A DNA stretch of 10,597 bases, taken from the NCBI GenBank assembly GCA_946965045.2, contig CAMPTO020000004.1, forward strand, positions 1 through 10,597. Direction: 5' to 3'. Origin of the DNA: Epithemia pelagica (taxonomy: Eukaryota; Protista; Bacillariophyta). Below are positions 1 through 5,800 of this stretch, piece after piece (position 1 is the first letter of the stretch; each line of letters opens with the position of its first letter). The notes under the pieces were generated by a model, which saw only the letters and a list, made by a program, of their open reading frames with translations, was not told the DNA's origin and did not search any database. A program made the position numbers and the translations under genes.

Positions 1-458
1 CGATGCAATACACTATAGCCACGAGCTGTCGTCTTTTGGCGGTCTTCTGCCGTTTGTTGCGAATACCCTGTTGGGGAATTCGCATTTTGCCAAAAACACG
101 AAAAAAGCCGCACCTTTGCTTAATGCCCATAAGATTATCTCATCATAATCCAACTTTACTCTACATAAGTGGACAACTGTAGACAATTAACTAGGCCATA
201 ATAAAGGAAAAGAAAACCAATGTCGCACCAGAAGGGCAATATGGACCTTTGTAGATTGATTGTAGAATTTGTCAACCTTACAGTAAAAATATCACCTATC
301 GACAAGAAATAATGGGTATCCCTGTTGGCGGAGGCTAGCAGACCCAGAAGGCCAAGGCCATAAGGCCAAGGCTTATACCCCATTAAGGGATACGTAGGAG
401 AGCTGCCGCCATTCGTCGCTCCGAGAAATATGAGTGGTCCACACACAGTCCACAGTCA

Positions 459-541
459 GTGCTCCCAAATCACGTGCTTCGTCCAACGTGCTAAATCACG
501 TGCTTCGTCCAAAGTACTCCCAAATCACGTGCTTCGTTCAA
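459..541 (+). promoter_or_regulatory. Three near-tandem copies of AAATCACGTGCTTCGT(C/T)CAA (G-box/E-box core CACGTG) upstream of the CBA1-like gene
   Basis: CACGTG cores at 471-476, 497-502 and 526-531 (spacing 26 and 29 bp), 270/244/215 bp upstream of ATG 741. Copies 1 and 3 share the longer unit GT(G/A)CTCCCAAATCACGTGCTTCGT(C/T)CAA. The repeat is seen directly; the regulatory role is inferred. Confidence 0.6.
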
Positions 542-644
542 CTCCCTAGACCCAAGATAGGACAGAGGCAAAAAAGCGCCTGTTGGCTGTGTTGGGAGGC
601 TGCTTTCTCTCGCAGGCCAAGGCCAAGGCCTATACGAGTTCACC

Positions 645-652
645 TATTATAA
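645..652 (+). promoter_or_regulatory. Possible TATA-like element (TATTATAA)
   Basis: AT-rich TATA-like octamer about 90 bp upstream of ATG 741. Position is plausible but the motif is short. Confidence 0.25.
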
Positions 653-740
653 CCCCTAGGTAGTATTAGTCAGGAAGATTTGTGGCGGAGAAGCAACCTC
701 AAGATCCTTACAAAAGGGAAAGAAGATCCATATCTCCACC

Positions 741-2213
741 ATGATCAAGTTGCCTTTGTCCTCTGGCTCCTTCCCGAGCCTCTCGTTTGTTGGTGCCATC
801 CTCATGTGGATGGCATCGCAGTTGGTGGTCGAGGGAGCGAATCCTCAAACCTGTGTGACCTCGTTCGATAGCACCACGGATTACTTCCCGGACAAGGTCT
901 CGGTGGAACTCGCGGAACGCTTTGATGTCGAATACGGTCTCAACTACAAGATTGTCACCACCGTACTGACGGCGGCCACGTCCTGGGCACCGGAAGTACC
1001 CCCGCGTCGTTACCTCTTGGTGCAGTGCGGCACACCGGTACCGGCCGACTTGAACATTGCCGATTTTGACAATGTGTTCCAAATTCCCCTCCAAGAAGAC
1101 TCGCTGCAACTGGGCTTTGGGAATCACTATTCCACCTACGTGCCCTTTTTCGAACTTTTGGGATTGCGGAACGAGATCTCCATTCAGGCCGGCCAGCCCG
1201 ATTACTTCTTTTCTCCCTGCTTCAACGAATTGGTGGACAATGGTGCTGTCCCCCTTATTTCCAGTATTTCAAACGCCACAGTGGTCAGTGCCTCGGGAGT
1301 GGACACGGCTACGCCCTTTTTTGTGGGCGTTGGGTCGAGCACCGTCTTTGAGAACCCTATTGAAGTGTCCGAATGGTACGAGGTGACCAATTTGGCTGTC
1401 TTTGAATGGCTCAAGTACTTTTCCGTCTTTTTCAACAAGGAAAAAGAAGCTACCGACATCTTTGATGCTACACGCCGTCGCTACGAGTGTGCCACGGACA
1501 ATGCCGGACTCGTTGTGGCCGATCTTCCCGCTCCCAAGACCGTGGCCTGGGTTGCCTACTGGGGCGACGCCTTCCGACCGGCCACCTGCCCCAACTACTA
1601 CTGTGAGCTCGCTCAAGCCTGTGGGGTCAATTTGATTTCTACGGATGGCTCGGGCATTAACGTGACCGAGTTTGTCGAATTGGCCAAAGATGCGGACGCT
1701 TTGCTCTACAACGGTGGAGACCTCGAAACCACCCTCAATAAATATCCGGAACTCCAAGAGTTGAAAGCCGTCAAGAACAATGAGCTCTACGATATCATGG
1801 GGTTGGGACAAGATGCCTGGTTCAACGAACGCAAGGTGGAACCGGATGCCCTCCTCGAAGATTTTTGCCACATTTCGGGTACCTCCAGTATCCTCGTGGA
1901 GCCCCACGTGCCGACCTTTTTGCGCCACATTGATACGCCCATTCGCACGTTTGGAGAGTGTACCGATGAATTTCGTTCCATGGACTACCTCAAGTTGGGA
2001 AGTTTCTGTGAGCCCCTCCCATTGGGTGTACACTATATGGCTCCCCCCACTCCGTCTCCCCCCACGGCTCCCCCCACTCCGTCTCCCCCCTCCACGGCTC
2101 CCCCCACTCCGTCTCCGGAGGTCTCCTCGAACGCCTTTTTGGCGGCGACAGGTTGGTGGATGGCGGCCACCACGTGCATGTCGTGTCTCATGGCCCTTAC
2201 GGTGTTGGTGTAA
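741..2213 (+). CDS. CBA1: CBA1-like (cobalamin acquisition protein 1 family) periplasmic-binding-protein-fold surface protein, 490 aa, probably secreted and GPI-anchored
   Basis: Intronless 490-aa ORF. Hydrophobic N-terminal signal (FVGAILMWMASQLVVEGA). Motifs TDYFPDKV, YKIV, YLLVQCGTP, FFELLG, SPC, EWLKYFSVFFNKEKEA, YEC, P.VAW and CPNYYCEL, which I recognise from algal CBA1 / Fe-B12 substrate-binding homologues. C-terminal PPTPSP stalk, small-residue omega-like site (SSNA) and hydrophobic tail. The symbol is family-level; orthology and ligand are not established. Confidence 0.7.
   Translation: MIKLPLSSGSFPSLSFVGAILMWMASQLVVEGANPQTCVTSFDSTTDYFPDKVSVELAERFDVEYGLNYKIVTTVLTAATSWAPEVPPRRYLLVQCGTPVPADLNIADFDNVFQIPLQEDSLQLGFGNHYSTYVPFFELLGLRNEISIQAGQPDYFFSPCFNELVDNGAVPLISSISNATVVSASGVDTATPFFVGVGSSTVFENPIEVSEWYEVTNLAVFEWLKYFSVFFNKEKEATDIFDATRRRYECATDNAGLVVADLPAPKTVAWVAYWGDAFRPATCPNYYCELAQACGVNLISTDGSGINVTEFVELAKDADALLYNGGDLETTLNKYPELQELKAVKNNELYDIMGLGQDAWFNERKVEPDALLEDFCHISGTSSILVEPHVPTFLRHIDTPIRTFGECTDEFRSMDYLKLGSFCEPLPLGVHYMAPPTPSPPTAPPTPSPPSTAPPTPSPEVSSNAFLAATGWWMAATTCMSCLMALTVLV
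2039..2116 (+). repeat. Coding tandem repeat (27-30 bp x3) encoding the APPTPSPP(S)T stalk
   Basis: Units start at 2039, 2066 and 2096 with GGCTCCCCCCACTCCGTCTCC; unit lengths are 27, 30 and partial, all in frame. Confidence 0.9.
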
Positions 2214-2477
2214 GCAGTCCGCAAGAACTGCGCAAGCGTAGAGATCCAAATAATCTTAGGTAGGTTGTTGCTTTGCCCAATCGCTAAACCTTTCCTACAA
2301 CTAGTAGAGTGACACCCTACAATATGTGTGGTGCGTGTAGGTTTCAAACGGAATCTTTACTACTAGTATTGTTCCTCCTGCACGAAAAGGAAACTCATGT
2401 CCTCGATTTGGATTGGAAACCAACTCGACCAGCGTTGTCATTGTGTTCACACATTCGCCCTTCAGCACGTGGAAGTT

Positions 2478-2482
2478 GCACC
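2478..2482. repeat. Left target-site duplication GCACC
   Basis: GCACC immediately precedes TGTTGAA at 2483 and recurs at 8099-8103 directly after TTCAACA. Confidence 0.95.
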
Positions 2483-2873
2483 TGTTGAAGCGCGAGAACC
2501 GACGGACGAACGATTCGGAAGCTGGTCATTCGGAAGCAATGCCGATCACGACAAAGACCAAACTTGTCCACCAGGGAGACAAGAAGGCATACTGGAACGT
2601 CAGCAATACAGATGGGGACACAAGTCAACCACATGATAACAAGGATAACAAGAAAGGAGAAGCCATGGCCGGATCAGACGCCGGTCTTAATGCCTTTGGA
2701 ATGACCACGACAAGAAGTTACAGGGACATCCTGATCGGAGAAGGTCATGGAGCTCAAAATAAGACTAGATTAACGACGAGCTGAGAGAGCTCACTCTATA
2801 GCGAAAACAAAGTTTGTAAGGAGAAACAAGCGTGCCATTGCATAGGCTGAAGGCTGAGCAATTGGTTCTAACA
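2483..2873 (+). repeat. 5' LTR (391 bp)
   Basis: Direct repeat of 7709-8098. Differences: G2659/A7885, A2809/G8035, one extra A at 2850-2851, and CT at 2868-2869 versus TC at 8093-8094. Confidence 0.97.
2791..2807 (+). promoter_or_regulatory. Putative LTR transcription start (Inr-like TCACTCT, A at 2793) followed by the putative self-primer CTCTATAGCGAAAA (2794-2807)
   Basis: TCACTCT fits the YYANWYY initiator consensus. An A-rich AAAATAAG lies at 2756-2763, about 30-37 bp upstream. 2794-2807 is perfectly complementary to 2874-2887. Confidence 0.55.
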
Positions 2874-2887
2874 TTTTCGCTATAGAG
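2874..2887 (+). other. Non-tRNA primer-binding site (TTTTCGCTATAGAG), complementary to the element's own LTR
   Basis: Directly abuts the 5' LTR end (CA at 2872-2873), does not begin with TGG, and is the exact 14-nt reverse complement of 2794-2807 and 8020-8033. Confidence 0.75.
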
Positions 2888-2889
2888 GG

Positions 2890-5800
2890 ATGTCAAGTGA
2901 CAGCAATGCTCCCTCTCCCCCAAGAGATGGTGGAAGCAGTGGCCGTGGAAATGGCCGTCCACGTAACGGCCGAGGTGGAATAGGTAACCGATTCCGTACA
3001 GGCCGAAGAAATAATCAGTTTCAGAGAAGTCGCTTTGAAGGACGGGAGACGGCGTTGGCGGGCCACATCTACGATTACAACCGGGAGAGAACCCCCGATA
3101 AGTACATACGTACTACCAAGGAGATTGCGAACTACGTTGGAAGGACGTTTACAAAATACCCAGGCGACTACACAGCAGCGATAGAAACGCTAGAACTCGA
3201 TGACCCAGATGAACCAAATGATCCTGACCCAAATGATCAGGTGGCATTTGAACATTGGAAGTTGAACATCAAGGATCATCGTACCAAGATGCAAGAACAT
3301 GCAAACTTTCGAGCAAGTCTGTACAGCATTGTGTTCGGACAATGTACAGACGCGATGCAGGAACGGCTTAAGTCGCATGAAGACTTTGAAGCCGCGAGCC
3401 AGGATGGGATTGCTCTACTGGTTATTGTGAGATCCCTCATCCATACGTTTGAGGAGAAGAGGAACCTAGCTGACTCGTTGTGTGACGTAAAAGAGAGCTT
3501 TTACAAACTTGGACAGGGCAAACACATGTCACTGGAGAAATATCACGAATTGTTCGTGACTCAAGTTGCAGTCCTAGACGAGGTGGGTATTACCGTGTGG
3601 GATCAAGCACTGGTCGATAACATTGCTGAGAGCAATGGACGAGGTGATGCACCTGAAGAAGAGGACTATGAGGAAGCCAAACAACGCGCCTTGCCTATCC
3701 GGTTTATCCGGGGAACCAATGAGAACCATAAGGGTTATATTAAACATCTGCGGAACAGCCACTTGGACAATCACGACAACTATCCAAAGACGGTATCCGA
3801 TGCTTTCAATATTCTTCAGAGGCGTGATGAAGACACAGTGGCCATCATTCCTGAGAATGACGGAGTGGCATTTGCACAAACCTCGACAAATGGGAGAGAC
3901 ATGAGCCAAGTGATCTGTTACAACTGCGGAGGAACAGGTCATTACGCAAGAGACTGTCCACACCAACAGGGTCAAGAAGGAAACGGTAACAACAACAATG
4001 ATGACAACAACAACAACGGTGAGAGCACTGAAGTAAATGCTGTGACGTTCTCGTTTTCCCAATCTAACGCTATTGTACCCAAGACGTGGATCCTTCTGGA
4101 TAGTCAGTCAACAGTGGATTGTTTCAGTAACAGAGCCTTGCTCAAGAATATACGTAAGACAGATAAGAAGATTAATATATATTGCAATGCAGGAAAACGC
4201 ACAATCGACATGGTTGGAGACTTGCAAGGATATGGTGAGGTGTGGCACGACCCAAAAGGAATTGCAAATGTGCTGAGTCTCAGTCGGATCAGAAAGAAAT
4301 ATGGAAGGGTGGACTATGTGGCCAAGAAAAGCGGGGGCGAGTTCACTGTTTATAAGCCAGACGGAAAAAGGCAAATTTTCAAGGAAGCCGAGTCGGGACT
4401 ACACTACCTAGACACTTCAAGCCCAAATGATGAGATGCATGATGACGGACATATGTTGGTGGTGAATACAGTCAGGGACAATAAATCTAAATACACCAAC
4501 AACGACTACATGAGAGCCCTTAGAGCACGAGAACTTCAAATCAAGATTGGACGACCAAGTACAAGGGACTACATTAAAATTGTGGAAGGAAATTCCCTAC
4601 CAAACTGTCCAGTCACAAGGGCCGATATATTGGCTGCAGAACATATTTTTGGGCCTGATATTGGAGCCCTGAAAGGAAAGACGACTAGAAGGCGACCACC
4701 TATTGTGGACTCACCCGTAACACCTGTCCCGAATGTTATTTTGGAGAAGTACAGACGTGTGACCATCTGTGTGGACGTGCTACATATCAACAACATCCCA
4801 ATGCTAGCTAGCATTTCAAGAAACATCAAGTTTGGAACAGTCGAAGCCATGGCGAGCTTGAAAGAAGGCCCAATGTTGGAAGCAATCAAACACATCTGCC
4901 AGGTATATCGAAGAGCCGGTTTCAAGGTGGAATCGTCACTGATGGATGGCGCATTCTCATATTTGAAGGGCGCTCTAGCCGACATGGGGATCGCACTCAA
5001 TGATACTTCGAGAGACGAACACATTGGAGACGTGGAAAGATACATCAGGACGATGAAGGAGCGGATTTGGGCAACTTACAATACACTACCGTTTAAGAAA
5101 ATACCTGGGAGACTAGTCATCGAAATGGCAAAGTCGGCTGTGTTCTGGCTGAACGGGTTTCCTATTGCGAGTGGCTTATCTCAAGAGGCAAGTCCCAGAA
5201 CGATCATTACAGGACAAAAGTTAGATTATAGCCGCCACTGCAAGTATCAATTTGGGGAATACTGCCAAACACACGAAGAGCACGACAACTCTATGAATCC
5301 AAGGACGATTGGGGCACTCGCACTACGACCAACCGGAAACGCCCAAGGAAGTTATTATTTTCTCAGTCTTTCAACGGGACGAGTTATCAATCGACCACAC
5401 GCAACTGCTCTACCTATGCCTGACGATGTTATCGATCGGGTGCACAGGATGGCACGACAACAAAAGGCAAACCCTGGTCTTGTGTTCGGGGACAGAAACA
5501 ACCTGGCAAACATTCTTGATTTGGATGATGACGACGAAGACGATGACAGCTTTATCCCCAACGAGATGGACGAAATAGACGACGATTACAACGAGTACGA
5601 CGATCCAGAGGATGAGATTGCCGACAATGAGGATGAAAACCAAGGAGTGTTGCCCGTGATGGAGGAAAACCAAGGAGTGTTGCCCGTAATGGAGATAGCG
5701 GAAAATGAAGGAGTGCCACCAGTTGTCATGGAACAGGAGCCGGAGGATGATGCTATGGACCCTATCGATCATGACGCCGACATGGATGACGTGCCGATTG

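Noticed and set aside
156-652. Short ORFs in the upstream region (156-446 minus, 434-652 plus)
   Set aside because: No recognisable domains; they overlap repeat-rich promoter-like DNA.
741-2213. Bacterial ABC transporter operon or contamination
   Set aside because: No permease or ATPase neighbours; the eukaryotic-type signal, GPI-like tail, copia element and telomere indicate a eukaryotic nuclear locus.
1269-2249. 326-aa minus-strand ORF and other ORFs overlapping the CBA1-like gene
   Set aside because: Antisense or alternate-frame shadows of a GC3-rich real CDS; the GGRRSGGS repeats simply mirror the Pro stalk.
2413-2784. 123-aa ORF identical in its last 100 aa to the pol C-terminus
   Set aside because: A consequence of U3 being coding in the 3' LTR and duplicated in the 5' LTR, fused by chance to a flanking start codon; not an independent gene.
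2863-2873. TGGTTCTAACA as a canonical tRNA primer-binding site
   Set aside because: It lies inside the LTR (the equivalent TGGTTTCAACA ends the 3' LTR), whereas a PBS must be downstream of the LTR, and I recognise no tRNA 3' end matching it.
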